In this document: in pieces, positions 52,369-62,852 of the stretch
Position numbering within the stretch: position 1 is the stretch's first letter
Layout: each line of letters begins with the position of its first letter
Source of the DNA: an uncultured Gammaproteobacteria bacterium
GTDB taxonomy: Bacteria > Patescibacteriota > Patescibacteriia > Patescibacteriales > GWC2-42-12
Reading direction: 5' to 3'
Length of the DNA: 64,000 bases
Assembly (NCBI GenBank): GCA_964431805.1
Contig: CAYSKV010000004.1
Coordinates: 12,201-76,200, forward strand
The notes under the pieces: model-generated
Databases searched by the model: none
Told to the model about the DNA's origin: nothing
Seen by the model: the letters and a program-made list of their open reading frames with translations, nothing else
Made by a program: the position numbers and the translations under genes

Positions 52369-53829
52369 TTATATCTTCGGTATAAACTTTTTAAGGTTAT
52401 CTATCATTGTAGAGTTTAAATTTTGTTTAATTTTATTTCTGGCCGTAGCGGTTTTAACGAACTTAAGCCAGTCGCGATTCGGGCCTTTTCTCTTTTTTTC
52501 CGTAATGATTTCTACTAAGTCGCCGTTTTTTAATTCTTTATCAAGCGTTGAAATATTATCGTTTATTCTAGCGCCGGTCGCGCGATTGCCAATATCCGAA
52601 TGAACATAATAAGCAAAATCAATCGGCGTTGAACCTTCGGGCAAATCAAAAACGTCGCCTTTGGGCGTAAAGACAAAAATACGGTCATGAAATACATCAA
52701 ATTTTATTTGTTTAATAAAATCAGAAGTATTTTCGGTTTCCTTTTGAATGTTTAAAACTTCTTTTACCCAAGCCGGTTGTTTTTTTAGATCGCTACCACT
52801 ACCCATTTTGTATGACCAGTGGGCGGCGATGCCGTATTTAGCGCCTTCATCCATCTCTTTAGTTCTGATTTGAAATTCAGTAGATTTACCTTCTGGACCA
52901 TAAACCGTGGTATGAAGAGCTTGGTAACCATTAGGTTTTGGTACGGCGATATAATCTTTAAGTCGGCCTGGGTTAGGTCGCCAAAGCGAATGAATAATGC
53001 CTAAAGTTTTATAGCAGTCAGCGATATCGGGCACGGTAATTCTTAAAGCGAAAACATCATAAATTTCATCAAATTTTCTGTCTTTTTTTTGCAGTTTTAA
53101 ATAAATACTATAAAGATGTTTAAAACGGCTCGTTATATGATAAGCAATTTTTGCTTCTCGCAGTTTCGCGCCAAGTATATTTTTTACTTTTTGAATGTAT
53201 TGGTTATGCTCAAGTTTTTTTTCAACTTCGTATTTATAGGCTAGTTTTTTATAGTCTTCAGGGTAAAGATGTTTAAAGCAAATATCTTCCATTTGCCATT
53301 TTAATCTAGCGATACCTAAAAGTCCGGCGATTGGCGCGTAAATTTCTAAAGTTTCACGGGCAATGCGCTGGCGTTTTTCTAAGGGTAGAGATTCAAGCGT
53401 TCTTAAATTATGTAAACGGTCGGCAAATTTAATTAAGATAACTCTTATGTCTTGCGCCATGGCTAAAAACATTTTACGCAGACTTTCTCTGTATCGTTCA
53501 ATGCCGCGATATTTTATTTTACTTAATTTAGTTATGCCTTCAACTAAATCAGCGACTTCTTTACCAAAATTTTTTTCAATGTCCGATAAAGTGTATTCGG
53601 TATCTTCCGGAACGTCATGGAGTAGGCCGGCGATAACGGTCGCTAGGTCGGCTTTAATTTGAGTTAAAACAAAAGCCGTGTGTAAACTATGTTGAATATA
53701 AGGTTCGCCACTTTTTCTTTTTTGACCAGAATGAGCTTTAACCGCGAAATCATAAGCCAGCTGAATCATAGTGGTATCAGCCCCAGGATTATTATCCTTA
53801 AAGTTGTTTATGATTTGATTTATGGTCAT
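52369..53829 (-). CDS. rel: RelA/SpoT homolog, (p)ppGpp synthetase/hydrolase (HD + synthetase + TGS; no ACT region evident)
   Basis: HD domain (HSLHTA...LLHDVPEDT), synthetase region (YQALHTTV, EFQIRTKEM), TGS (IFVFTPKGDVFDLPEGSTPIDFAY). At 486 aa it is shorter than long RSH enzymes. Confidence 0.88.
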   Translation of the reverse strand: MTINQIINNFKDNNPGADTTMIQLAYDFAVKAHSGQKRKSGEPYIQHSLHTAFVLTQIKADLATVIAGLLHDVPEDTEYTLSDIEKNFGKEVADLVEGITKLSKIKYRGIERYRESLRKMFLAMAQDIRVILIKFADRLHNLRTLESLPLEKRQRIARETLEIYAPIAGLLGIARLKWQMEDICFKHLYPEDYKKLAYKYEVEKKLEHNQYIQKVKNILGAKLREAKIAYHITSRFKHLYSIYLKLQKKDRKFDEIYDVFALRITVPDIADCYKTLGIIHSLWRPNPGRLKDYIAVPKPNGYQALHTTVYGPEGKSTEFQIRTKEMDEGAKYGIAAHWSYKMGSGSDLKKQPAWVKEVLNIQKETENTSDFIKQIKFDVFHDRIFVFTPKGDVFDLPEGSTPIDFAYYVHSDIGNRATGARINDNISTLDKELKNGDLVEIITEKKRKGPNRDWLKFVKTATARNKIKQNLNSTMIDNLKKFIPKI

Positions 53830-53911
53830 TGTTTGCTTTTGTTATTTTGTTTATGTTATAATATTATTATAAAATTGTGCAAAAGTCAAAGTACTTAATT
53901 TCTCTTTTCCC

Positions 53912-55642
53912 ATGCTAAAAATCGGAAAATTAAACAGGTTTTATAAAATAGCCGGCGTTTTTTTATTTACGCTGTTGGCTGTTTTTTTATTAGGCAATTT
54001 TGTTTTAGCCGCGACTGGTCCTGACGTTGGCATTACTTACGCCGAAGGTACGGGCTTAAGTAATTCTCAGGATATTAGAGTAATCATCGCAAAAATCATT
54101 AGAGTAGTTATTGGATTTTTAGGCATCATCGCGGTTGGCTTAATAATTTATGCCGGCTGGCTTTGGATGACGAGCGGCGGCAATGAAGAAAAAGTTGAGC
54201 AAGCTAAAAAAACTTTAACTAATGCGGTTATCGGTTTAATCATTATTATAGCCTCGTTCGCTATCGCCAGCTTTATTCTTAATAAGTTGATTGCGGCAAC
54301 TAGCGGCGATATGATTAACGCTCCGGGCGGCGGTACTGGCGGCGGCGTGGCGGCTTTAGGCTCGGGCATAATCGAATCTCATTATCCGGAACGCAACCAG
54401 AAAGATATTCCGAGAAATACTAAAATCGCTATTACTTTTAAAGAAGCGATTGATCCGACTACGATTATAACCGACGGTAAAATTAATAAAGATAATATTA
54501 AAATTTATAAAACTAAAGATGGCGTAGCCGGCGCGGTTACTTTTGATGTTATTGCCATGAAAACCGAAGATAATAAAACTTTTGTTTTTAAGCCGACGGA
54601 ATATTTAGGCTCGCCGACTGAAAAAATTTGGTATTCGGTTGCCTTAGGTAAAAATATAAAAAAGGCTACCGGCGATTTGGCTTTTGGCGCGATTGTTGGC
54701 GCTATTGCTTATGACTGGATGTTTGAAGTCGGTACGTTTATTGATACTACGCCGCCAAAAGTTGAAAGCGTAATTCCTCAACCGAGCTCTACCGAACCGA
54801 GAAATGTTGTGGTGCAAATTAATTTTTCCGAAGCGGTAGACCCGATTGCGGCTAGCGGCGCCTTTAAGGGTGGTAGCGGCTTTAACAATATTAAAATTAT
54901 TGATAATGCCACTCAAGGTTTAATTGAAGGTAATTTTTATGTTTCTAACCAGTATAAAACTGTAGAATTTTTAACTTTTGACGCTTGCGGAACTAATTCT
55001 TGCGGTCAGACGATTTATTGTTTGCCGGGCGATAAGCAGATTAAAGCTTTTATTAACGCCGCGACTTTTGACCCTAATACAGCTTCGGCTATTTTTCCAT
55101 ATGACGGCGTAGTTGATATGGCTGATAATTCTTTTGACGGCAACGCTAACGGTACGGCTCAAGGTCCTCAGGCGCAAAGTTCTTTACCGCCTTTTAATGC
55201 TAATAGCCAAACTCACGAGGGAGAAGGCGATGATTATTTTTGGCTATTTAATACTAATAATACGATTGATACCACCCCGCCAAAAATAGATTTAGTTAGC
55301 CCGATGGTTGGCGGTAGCGGCGTTGATTTATTGGCTATTCCGGAAGCTACTTTTTCTAAATTATTAATGAGTTCGTCTTTAAATAGCTCTAGTATAAATT
55401 TTAAAAGCAGCGGCGCGGCTTATAATTACTGGATAACTAAAACCGATAATTTTAGCGATAAAAAAACTACCGCCCATGTTAATCATGATCAGTTTAATGA
55501 AAATAGTAATTATTTTGTTCAGTTTAATGCCGGCGTTAAAGATATTTACCAAAATTGTTATACGCCTTGCTCCGGTTTAGGTATAACCGGCACGCCGTCT
55601 TGCTGTAATGGTCAGGCGAGCGGTCAGGCGAGCTGCCAGTAG
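53912..55642 (+). CDS. Surface protein: TrbC/VirB2-like pilin hairpin plus Ig-like (SbsA-type) repeats and a Cys-containing C-terminus
   Basis: N-terminal anchor and hairpin (VIGFLGIIAVGLIIYAGWLWMTSGGNEEKVEQAKKTL...IIIIASFAIASFILN), a Gly-rich linker, and three repeats of the TTPPKV/PRN...F(S/K)EA(V/I)DP type. Confidence 0.65.
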   Translation: MLKIGKLNRFYKIAGVFLFTLLAVFLLGNFVLAATGPDVGITYAEGTGLSNSQDIRVIIAKIIRVVIGFLGIIAVGLIIYAGWLWMTSGGNEEKVEQAKKTLTNAVIGLIIIIASFAIASFILNKLIAATSGDMINAPGGGTGGGVAALGSGIIESHYPERNQKDIPRNTKIAITFKEAIDPTTIITDGKINKDNIKIYKTKDGVAGAVTFDVIAMKTEDNKTFVFKPTEYLGSPTEKIWYSVALGKNIKKATGDLAFGAIVGAIAYDWMFEVGTFIDTTPPKVESVIPQPSSTEPRNVVVQINFSEAVDPIAASGAFKGGSGFNNIKIIDNATQGLIEGNFYVSNQYKTVEFLTFDACGTNSCGQTIYCLPGDKQIKAFINAATFDPNTASAIFPYDGVVDMADNSFDGNANGTAQGPQAQSSLPPFNANSQTHEGEGDDYFWLFNTNNTIDTTPPKIDLVSPMVGGSGVDLLAIPEATFSKLLMSSSLNSSSINFKSSGAAYNYWITKTDNFSDKKTTAHVNHDQFNENSNYFVQFNAGVKDIYQNCYTPCSGLGITGTPSCCNGQASGQASCQ

Positions 55643-55767
55643 AAAAATTTTTATAATTTCTAATTTTTAATTTCTAAATAATATATTAATTTTTAAATTG
55701 GAAATTAATTAATTGAAAATTGTTTGAAAATTTGAAATTGAGAATTGAAAATTATTAAGTGTTTTTC

Positions 55768-58700
55768 ATGAATAAAATTAGAATAAAAAAAGTATTGTTT
55801 ATTTTTTGTTTATTAGTTGCAGTTTTTGCTGTGGCTCATTTTGCTTTAGCCGCTGACCTTAATGTTGGTTTAGATAAGGCGGCTGGCACTGGATTAGGGG
55901 ATACTGATCCGAGGATTATTGCGGCTAGAATTATCCGAATATTTTTAGGCTTTTTAGGAATTATCGCGGTTAGTTTAGTAATGTATGCTGGCTGGATGTA
56001 TATGACGGCCGAAGGCGATTCGGAAAAAGTTGAAAAAGCTAAAAAAATATTAATTGGCGCTTTAATTGGTTTAGTAATTTGTCTGGCTTCGTTCGCGATC
56101 GCCAGTTTTATTTTAAATAGTTTATTAGACGCGACCGGCGCGCAGGATAATACTGGCGGTGGCGGTGGCGGCACAATAACGCCAGGTGGCGGTATTCCAA
56201 ATTTACCAGGAGAAGGCGAGCCATGTTTAACTAATCCTTTAGATACCCAATGCGCCGCCGGACAATGCGCCGCCGGTTTAAATTGCTCTCAGAGCGATTG
56301 TTTATGTAAAAAAACTAACCAACCAGGAGAAGGAGAAAGTTGCGACGGCGATACTAAGGTCGACGGTTGTCAAGCGATTGACTGCGCTAATAATTTAATT
56401 TGTTCATCATCAGATAATTGTACTTGCATTAAAACTCCTTTGATTGCTTGGGTAAGCCCGATGGACGCTTCAAGCACGCCTAATGGAGCAGTTGGTAATT
56501 TTATAACCATCGGCGGCAGATATTTTGGCACGACGACCGGCCAGGTAGTTTTTATGGGTGATCCTAATAATGCTAATGATGATAAAGTTGCGACTTTTCC
56601 AAATTTAATTAATCCATTATGTTTAAGTTTTTGGCAGGATGATCAGATTATAGTTGTTGTGCCAGACGGAGCGGTTAATGGTCCGATTAAAGTGATTGAT
56701 AGTAAAAATCGTTACGACACCACGGATGATAATCGCGGCGCGCGCATTAATGATTTTGTGGTAAATAGTATTAAGCGCCCTGGCCTTTGCCAAGTCGATC
56801 CATCAAGCGGCGGTTTAGCCGATCCATTTAACTTACAAGGTAATTCTTTTAATCTCACGCCTCATTCGGTTTTGTTTGGTAAAGAGACTAGCGCCATAGA
56901 AGCTAATAATATAAAAAATTGGACTAATACTTCGGTTGATGCTGTTGTGCCAAACATTGTTGATGGAAGAAACTCTATATTTGTTAAAACCGGTGATGTT
57001 TATTCTAATTCCTTGTCTTTTTCAGTTGTCAATAAAACTGATACTAATCCGGTGATTGAATATATTGAACCGGATAAAGGTCCTTCAGGACAATACATAA
57101 CAATTTACGGCCGTAATTTTCAAATTTATAACGCGCAGAAAAGCGCAGTGAAATTTTATTTGCCGGCCGATCCGAATAATAAAATTAATGCGGACATTGA
57201 TTTTCCCGCAGCTTGTAAAAGTACTTGGTGGCACGATACTTATATTGTCGTTAAAGTGCCTAAGGTAAATAGTTTAGGAGATTATAAAGTTGAAGTTACT
57301 AATTCTTACGATAAAACTAGTTTGCCGGCTGATTTTGTAATTAATAATGAAACGCCAACCCCAGGCCTTTGCGCCCTAGATCCTAATAATGGTCCGATCG
57401 GTTGGCCGATGTCGGCTTATGGCGAAAGATTTGGCGCTACCCAAGGCAGCGGGCGCGCTCAATATTTTAATAATAAAGATGCAACCGCTAGTAGTTGGGC
57501 TGATGGAAAAGTTAATACTAATGTGCCGGCTCAGTCGGTTAGCGGTCCATTTAGAATAATTGATAACCAAGGTTATATTAGTAATTCGTTGCCTTTTAGA
57601 GTTGGTAAATGTTCTTCTAATGCTGATTGTGATAGTAGCGAGGAATGTTGTGGTGGCGGAACTTATTGGTCAGGCATCTGCCGTCCAGCCGGGACTTGTA
57701 ATCAAGGTGCGCCTTTAGGTTGCGGTTTTGGTTGGACCTTTTCTACTAAAGCTGGTGATTGCGCCATCACTCAACAAAAGTGCGACATTCCTAATCCGCC
57801 CGCCGGCAGTACAATAACTTTTAATTGTTGCGCGCCCGGACAATGCAATGCTTATACTGGGCAATGCGATAGCTGTCCGGTTAATAAACCTGATATGTGC
57901 GATGGCGATTTAAAATGTTGTTCGACTGGCGGTTGTATAGATCTAGATAATGATGGTAAGACTGAATGTTCTGACGGCGAAGCTTGCTCGCAATATGGTT
58001 TAAGTCAATGTTCAAGCAGTTATTTCTGTCCGAACTCTCCAGGAAAATGTTCGACTTATGGCGGCGGCGGCACGATTGAAACCGGCGATTGCGATTTTAG
58101 CTGTAATAATTTTAGCGCTTGCAAAACTGATTTGTGCGAATATAGATCAGGTATAAATAAATGTATTAAAAAGAGTCAGACTTGCAGTTTATCTAAAACT
58201 GTTAGTTATAATGTTGGTTTAACTCCAGCTACGGCTACGGCCGAATGCTCGGCTTACGACGGTGGCAATCGTTGGATTATGAAAATCAGCACTTCTTGCC
58301 CGGCTGGTTGGACTAGCATAAGCGGCGGTCGTTGCGTAGAAAATAATACAACTTGTTCAATTTGCGATACTGGCTTTAAATGTTTAAAAGAAACGGCCAG
58401 CGCGGTTGATGGCGGTTGTTTTATCGATCAAAATGTTTGCCAAGTTGGTTCAGCCTGCAGTAGCAGCAATAAATGTATTAAAAGCGATAGCGCTAGCTGC
58501 GAATGTTGCTGCCGTATTGGTCATGATAGCGAGGACTGCTGTTCACCTTTAAAATGCGAAGGCAAATGCGGTAGCGATATAACCGCTAATACTAATACTT
58601 ACGGACGTTGTTCTGGTTGCGCCAGCGTTGGCACAACCCAAGCCGACCATAATGAAGCTTGCAACTGCTCCGGCACTAGCGGTAAATTTTGTTTAGTTGA

Positions 58701-61170
58701 TGCGGCTAACCCGAGCGGCGTTTGCCAAGACTGCGCGCAGATAAGCGACGCGGCGCTTTGCAGTAATCAAGGCGTTGGCACTTGCTGCGTTGATGCTAAA
58801 AATAAAAATGCTTGCCGCGGCGGTACAGCTCCATACGCTAGCGGCAGCCCATCTTATAATTATTGCGGTTATTATGAATGTAATAATGGTAGCTGTTCCG
58901 GCACGCCAGTAGCCACTTCGACAGTTTTAAGTTATAAAACTTTAACTGAATGCAGTAATAAGTGTACGACTCCGCCTCAATTTGGCAATACCTGTTTTAG
59001 TAGCGCCACCACAACGCAAAGCTGTGATATTAATAAGTGTACCGGCTTTGCTTGTATTAACGCAGATGGCACAGGCCCAGCGGCTCCAAATTGCGGTACC
59101 TGCTGCTGCGATCCTTTTGCTACTATTGATAATTGTAAAAATTTAAATCCTAACTTAACTTGTAAACCTAACCAAGCGCCTTGTAGCGGTAGTAGCCGCG
59201 GCCTTTGCTGCGGTTGTTCCGCGGATAGCGATTGCGGTAGCGTAACTGGTTGCGGGACTGATACTTGCTGTCATGCCAGGCCGACCGTGATTGAAACTGT
59301 GCCGGCGGATGGAGCTACTAATGTTTGCCGCAATGGTTTAATTAAAGCTACATTTGACCAAGCCATGCAAACCGATACTTTTAAAGAAAATGTGATTGTG
59401 GTTGGGGATTACGGGCTTGATAAATGTCCGACCGGAACTAAATATTTAACTGAAGCTTATAAACCGGGTTTGTTTGAAAAATTAACTTATTGGTTAGCGA
59501 GGCTGCCTTTATTAGATAAGATTTTTATAAATCAAGCGAAAGCTTTAACTGGAAATTTCTGCGCGGTTACCGGATCGATTAGCGGTTATGCGGCAGGCAA
59601 CACAACTGTCATGGAATTTAAAACGAAAAAAGCTTTAGAGGCCGGTAGAAAATATTATGTTATTATAAAAGGCGATAGTAATTTAAATGATGCGGTTGCC
59701 GTCGGAGTTTTAAGCGAATCGGGCGTTGGCCTAGGCCAGTCATCCACCGAGTCATTTAACGGTGTTAATTTCACCGGTAAAATTTGGTCGTTTACTACTA
59801 AAGAAAGTACGGCCACTGATAACGGCATTTGTTTAGTTTCTTCGGTCGCGATTGATCCTTCAAGTTATTTATTTAATACTGCTACTAATGATTCGGCCGA
59901 TGATAATGTCGGAACAAATTATGATACGATTAGGGACAGCGATAAAGTTTTTTATTCAACGGCTTATTCTTCGGAAAAACAACCGATCATTCCAATTGAA
60001 AGTCTTTATAATTGGCAGTGGAATTGGAATATAGATAATAAAGCAGTTGTGAAATTTAAAAATGGCGAGAATGCGCTGGATAATAGTTCAACTCAGACTT
60101 TAGTTGCGCAAAATGTTAAAGAAGCTAATACTTTGCTTCATGCCAAACTTACTATTACTCAAGATGAAGTTAATAAAATATCAACTATCGGCCAATCTAA
60201 AGAAAAAACTGCTCCGGTTTATGTTTTCTTATGTTCTAATCCTTGGCCGTCGTTTAAAACTGATGGCACCTGGGAGCCTTGGCAAGATGCTGCTGGAAAT
60301 TGCATATCTGCATCCGGTGATTGTTCGGCTACTAATTTTGAATTATATTATTGCCGTGACGCTGGGGCTGAAGGCACAGCTGATGATTTACCGGCTATTA
60401 TAAGTGATAAAGCAGTAATCAGGGGCCAAAATTTGAAATGCGATGACGGAACTGGTAGTTGTTTGGGTAAAGCTAAAAATGACACATGTAATGATGGTAG
60501 TGGAAAATGTCAAGTGGATATAGTAAAAGAATTTTATTTCTTTAGAGAAAATATGCCTAACGTAGCGGGCGTGAATTTAACTACTAGAGTTAACGATGAA
60601 GTGCAGCAGGGCGGTAAAGCCGGGTTAGTTTGGCAGGCAGTTACTATACCAGCGGGCGAAGAATTAGATAAATATTTAATTTATTATGGCACTAGGTCAG
60701 GAAATTATGAACAGTCAATTTTTACGGCTGAGCCAGGTTCAATTAATAACCCGGCGATCGTTAATAATTTAACTAACGGAGTAAAATATTATTTTGCCGT
60801 GACCGCTAGATATAAAAGCGGAGCCGAAAGCATTTATTCAAATGAAACTAGTTTCACTCCGGCCGATAATTGGGCGCCATTAACTCCAGTAGATTTTATT
60901 GGCGAAGCCGATCAGGGGCAAGCTAAACTTGAATGGCTTGCCAATCAAGACGATACGACAATTTATAAAGTTTATTATGGTGCTACTAGCGGTTCTTTGG
61001 CTGCGTCGGTTAATTTAGAAAAAAAGAAATGTTCTGCCGCTAGCGGAAAATGTACTCTTACTATAGATGAGTTATCCGCCGGCACTACTTATTATTTTGC
61101 CGTGACCGCTCTAGACCTTAAAGGCAATGAGAGCAATAAATCAGCTGAAATTAATTTATTAATTTTATAA
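55768..61170 (+). CDS. Giant (~1800 aa) Cys-rich surface protein with an N-terminal pilin hairpin, IPT/TIG-like, Ig-like and FN3-like domains
   Basis: ATG 55768 (MNKIRIKK) is preferred over GTG 55759. Hairpin FLGFLGIIAVSLVMYAGWMYMTAEGDSEKVEKAKKIL. Two tandem Cys-knot-like repeats (GEGEPC... and GEGESC...). Four IPT-like repeats. A ~560-aa Cys-dense region at nt ~57600-59280. Two C-terminal FN3-like repeats (YYFAVTA twice). Confidence 0.7.
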   Translation: MNKIRIKKVLFIFCLLVAVFAVAHFALAADLNVGLDKAAGTGLGDTDPRIIAARIIRIFLGFLGIIAVSLVMYAGWMYMTAEGDSEKVEKAKKILIGALIGLVICLASFAIASFILNSLLDATGAQDNTGGGGGGTITPGGGIPNLPGEGEPCLTNPLDTQCAAGQCAAGLNCSQSDCLCKKTNQPGEGESCDGDTKVDGCQAIDCANNLICSSSDNCTCIKTPLIAWVSPMDASSTPNGAVGNFITIGGRYFGTTTGQVVFMGDPNNANDDKVATFPNLINPLCLSFWQDDQIIVVVPDGAVNGPIKVIDSKNRYDTTDDNRGARINDFVVNSIKRPGLCQVDPSSGGLADPFNLQGNSFNLTPHSVLFGKETSAIEANNIKNWTNTSVDAVVPNIVDGRNSIFVKTGDVYSNSLSFSVVNKTDTNPVIEYIEPDKGPSGQYITIYGRNFQIYNAQKSAVKFYLPADPNNKINADIDFPAACKSTWWHDTYIVVKVPKVNSLGDYKVEVTNSYDKTSLPADFVINNETPTPGLCALDPNNGPIGWPMSAYGERFGATQGSGRAQYFNNKDATASSWADGKVNTNVPAQSVSGPFRIIDNQGYISNSLPFRVGKCSSNADCDSSEECCGGGTYWSGICRPAGTCNQGAPLGCGFGWTFSTKAGDCAITQQKCDIPNPPAGSTITFNCCAPGQCNAYTGQCDSCPVNKPDMCDGDLKCCSTGGCIDLDNDGKTECSDGEACSQYGLSQCSSSYFCPNSPGKCSTYGGGGTIETGDCDFSCNNFSACKTDLCEYRSGINKCIKKSQTCSLSKTVSYNVGLTPATATAECSAYDGGNRWIMKISTSCPAGWTSISGGRCVENNTTCSICDTGFKCLKETASAVDGGCFIDQNVCQVGSACSSSNKCIKSDSASCECCCRIGHDSEDCCSPLKCEGKCGSDITANTNTYGRCSGCASVGTTQADHNEACNCSGTSGKFCLVDAANPSGVCQDCAQISDAALCSNQGVGTCCVDAKNKNACRGGTAPYASGSPSYNYCGYYECNNGSCSGTPVATSTVLSYKTLTECSNKCTTPPQFGNTCFSSATTTQSCDINKCTGFACINADGTGPAAPNCGTCCCDPFATIDNCKNLNPNLTCKPNQAPCSGSSRGLCCGCSADSDCGSVTGCGTDTCCHARPTVIETVPADGATNVCRNGLIKATFDQAMQTDTFKENVIVVGDYGLDKCPTGTKYLTEAYKPGLFEKLTYWLARLPLLDKIFINQAKALTGNFCAVTGSISGYAAGNTTVMEFKTKKALEAGRKYYVIIKGDSNLNDAVAVGVLSESGVGLGQSSTESFNGVNFTGKIWSFTTKESTATDNGICLVSSVAIDPSSYLFNTATNDSADDNVGTNYDTIRDSDKVFYSTAYSSEKQPIIPIESLYNWQWNWNIDNKAVVKFKNGENALDNSSTQTLVAQNVKEANTLLHAKLTITQDEVNKISTIGQSKEKTAPVYVFLCSNPWPSFKTDGTWEPWQDAAGNCISASGDCSATNFELYYCRDAGAEGTADDLPAIISDKAVIRGQNLKCDDGTGSCLGKAKNDTCNDGSGKCQVDIVKEFYFFRENMPNVAGVNLTTRVNDEVQQGGKAGLVWQAVTIPAGEELDKYLIYYGTRSGNYEQSIFTAEPGSINNPAIVNNLTNGVKYYFAVTARYKSGAESIYSNETSFTPADNWAPLTPVDFIGEADQGQAKLEWLANQDDTTIYKVYYGATSGSLAASVNLEKKKCSAASGKCTLTIDELSAGTTYYFAVTALDLKGNESNKSAEINLLIL

Positions 61171-61184
61171 TTTAATAAAATTTT

Positions 61185-61838
61185 ATGTTTGACGAATTAG
61201 ATAAAAACAATCCGGTTCCGACCGGAAATTTTAAACCAGCCGGACCAGCGCCAGCAAAAGCCGAAGATATTTTTTCCGAAGTTGATAATTCTGTTAAACC
61301 AGAAGTCTTTAGGCCAAAAATTAACGATCCGATGGCTATACCGGATACAGTAATACCAGCGGAAACCACTTGGTTAAAAAACAAAGGTTTGATTTTTGGT
61401 TTAGTTATTGGCGGCTTAATTATTATTTTTGGCGGTTTTATTATTTTAAAATTAATGATTAAAGATGATGCGACGGTTGCGCCAGTTAAAGAAGAAGCAC
61501 AAAATACTCAAACCCAAACCCCAACTCAAGAAGTTACCGAACCGATGGAAGAAGAAGTTGCTACTTCCACTAATCAATTAACTCAGCCGATAGTTACTGA
61601 GCCGCTTGATACTGATTTAGATGGTTTAACCGATGAAGAAGAAGGCAGTCTTAGAACTGATATTAATAGTTCGGATACTGATCAAGATGGTTTAACTGAT
61701 CGCGAGGAAGTAAAAGTTTATAGCACAGATCCTTTACAAGCTGATACTGACGGCGATGGTTATTCGGACGGTGAAGAAGTTAAAAACGGTTTTAACCCAA
61801 GTGGCGAGGGCAAACTCTTAGATATTAATAATCAATAA
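61185..61838 (+). CDS. Membrane-anchored protein with thrombospondin type-3-like Asp-rich Ca-binding repeats
   Basis: One central TM segment. DTDLDGLTDEEE, DTDQDGLTDREE, DTDGDGYSDGEE. Confidence 0.65.
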   Translation: MFDELDKNNPVPTGNFKPAGPAPAKAEDIFSEVDNSVKPEVFRPKINDPMAIPDTVIPAETTWLKNKGLIFGLVIGGLIIIFGGFIILKLMIKDDATVAPVKEEAQNTQTQTPTQEVTEPMEEEVATSTNQLTQPIVTEPLDTDLDGLTDEEEGSLRTDINSSDTDQDGLTDREEVKVYSTDPLQADTDGDGYSDGEEVKNGFNPSGEGKLLDINNQ

Positions 61839-61844
61839 AATAAT

Positions 61845-62843
61845 ATGTTTGGTTTTTTTAAAAAAGAAAAAATAGAAAAGATTGAAACTATCGGTGAAAA
61901 AAAATCCGCGGCTGCTTTAAAAGAGCAAGTTAATGTTGATAATATAGATGTTCATGTTATGCCAGATCGTTTTCGCAATCAACCAATTAAGCAGCATAGC
62001 GCTAAAACTACTGGTCTAATAATAATTATTGGCGGCGGGGTATTTTTAGTAGTGCTTTCGGCGGTTTTATATTATTTTCTGTTTAAAAAACCAAGCGTAA
62101 CTATTAATCAGGAACCGTCTATAATTAAAGAAGAAAATAAACCCACTCAAGAGAATAATCAAATCAATCAAAATTTAGCTGCAACCGGAACCGAATCAAC
62201 GCTTTTACCGATAAGTTCTGAAGCGGCGACCACAACCGTTGCTACTACAACCGAAGAAATTATGGAAGAGACAGATAATCTTGCTTTAAGTTTTGGGCAA
62301 GATAGCGACAATGATGGTTTAACTGATATGGAAGAAACTATTTTAAGCAGTAGCACTTCCACGCCTGACACTGACGGCGATGGTTATCTCGACGGTTCAG
62401 AATTAGGAAATTTATACAATCCAGCCGGCGAAGGTAAAATAACCGCTAATTCAAACATCGTGCTTTATGAAAATAAAACTTTTTCTTACGATTTGTTTTA
62501 TCCGGCGATTTGGCAAACTAGCGTTAACGGCGGGGATGATTCGTTGATGTTTAAAACCAGCGATAACCAATTTGTGCAAATAATCGTTCAGCCTAACGTT
62601 AATAAACAAACGCTTGATGACTGGTATATAGAACAGCTTGGCGTTATCGCTATTAACGAAGCTGATAGAATGAGCGGCGGAAATTGGCAGGGCATTAAAA
62701 GCCCGGATGGTTTAAACATTTATTTAATGAATGAAAAACAGAGTTATATATTTAATTTAACTTATAGTCCGGGCGAAAATAAAATTTTACAATATTTTAA
62801 TATTTTTCAGATGATGGTTAAATCGTTTAATTTAAAAAATTAA
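61845..62843 (+). CDS. Membrane-anchored protein with Asp-rich Ca-binding repeats and a C-terminal globular domain
   Basis: One TM segment. DSDNDGLTDMEE and DTDGDGYLDGSE. C-terminal domain of ~140 aa with no recognised family. Confidence 0.6.
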   Translation: MFGFFKKEKIEKIETIGEKKSAAALKEQVNVDNIDVHVMPDRFRNQPIKQHSAKTTGLIIIIGGGVFLVVLSAVLYYFLFKKPSVTINQEPSIIKEENKPTQENNQINQNLAATGTESTLLPISSEAATTTVATTTEEIMEETDNLALSFGQDSDNDGLTDMEETILSSSTSTPDTDGDGYLDGSELGNLYNPAGEGKITANSNIVLYENKTFSYDLFYPAIWQTSVNGGDDSLMFKTSDNQFVQIIVQPNVNKQTLDDWYIEQLGVIAINEADRMSGGNWQGIKSPDGLNIYLMNEKQSYIFNLTYSPGENKILQYFNIFQMMVKSFNLKN

Positions 62844-62852
62844 GGTAATGAA

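Noticed and set aside
55698-55753. Helical phasing (about 10.5 bp) of the TTGAAAATT repeats, implying curved DNA
   Set aside because: The start-to-start spacings are 15, 11, 8 and 13 nt, which is not a consistent helical period.
59852-60403. Two alternative-frame ORFs (60 aa and 99 aa) inside the giant surface-protein gene
   Set aside because: They are same-strand frame shadows. The main frame is continuous for about 5.4 kb with coherent domain structure.
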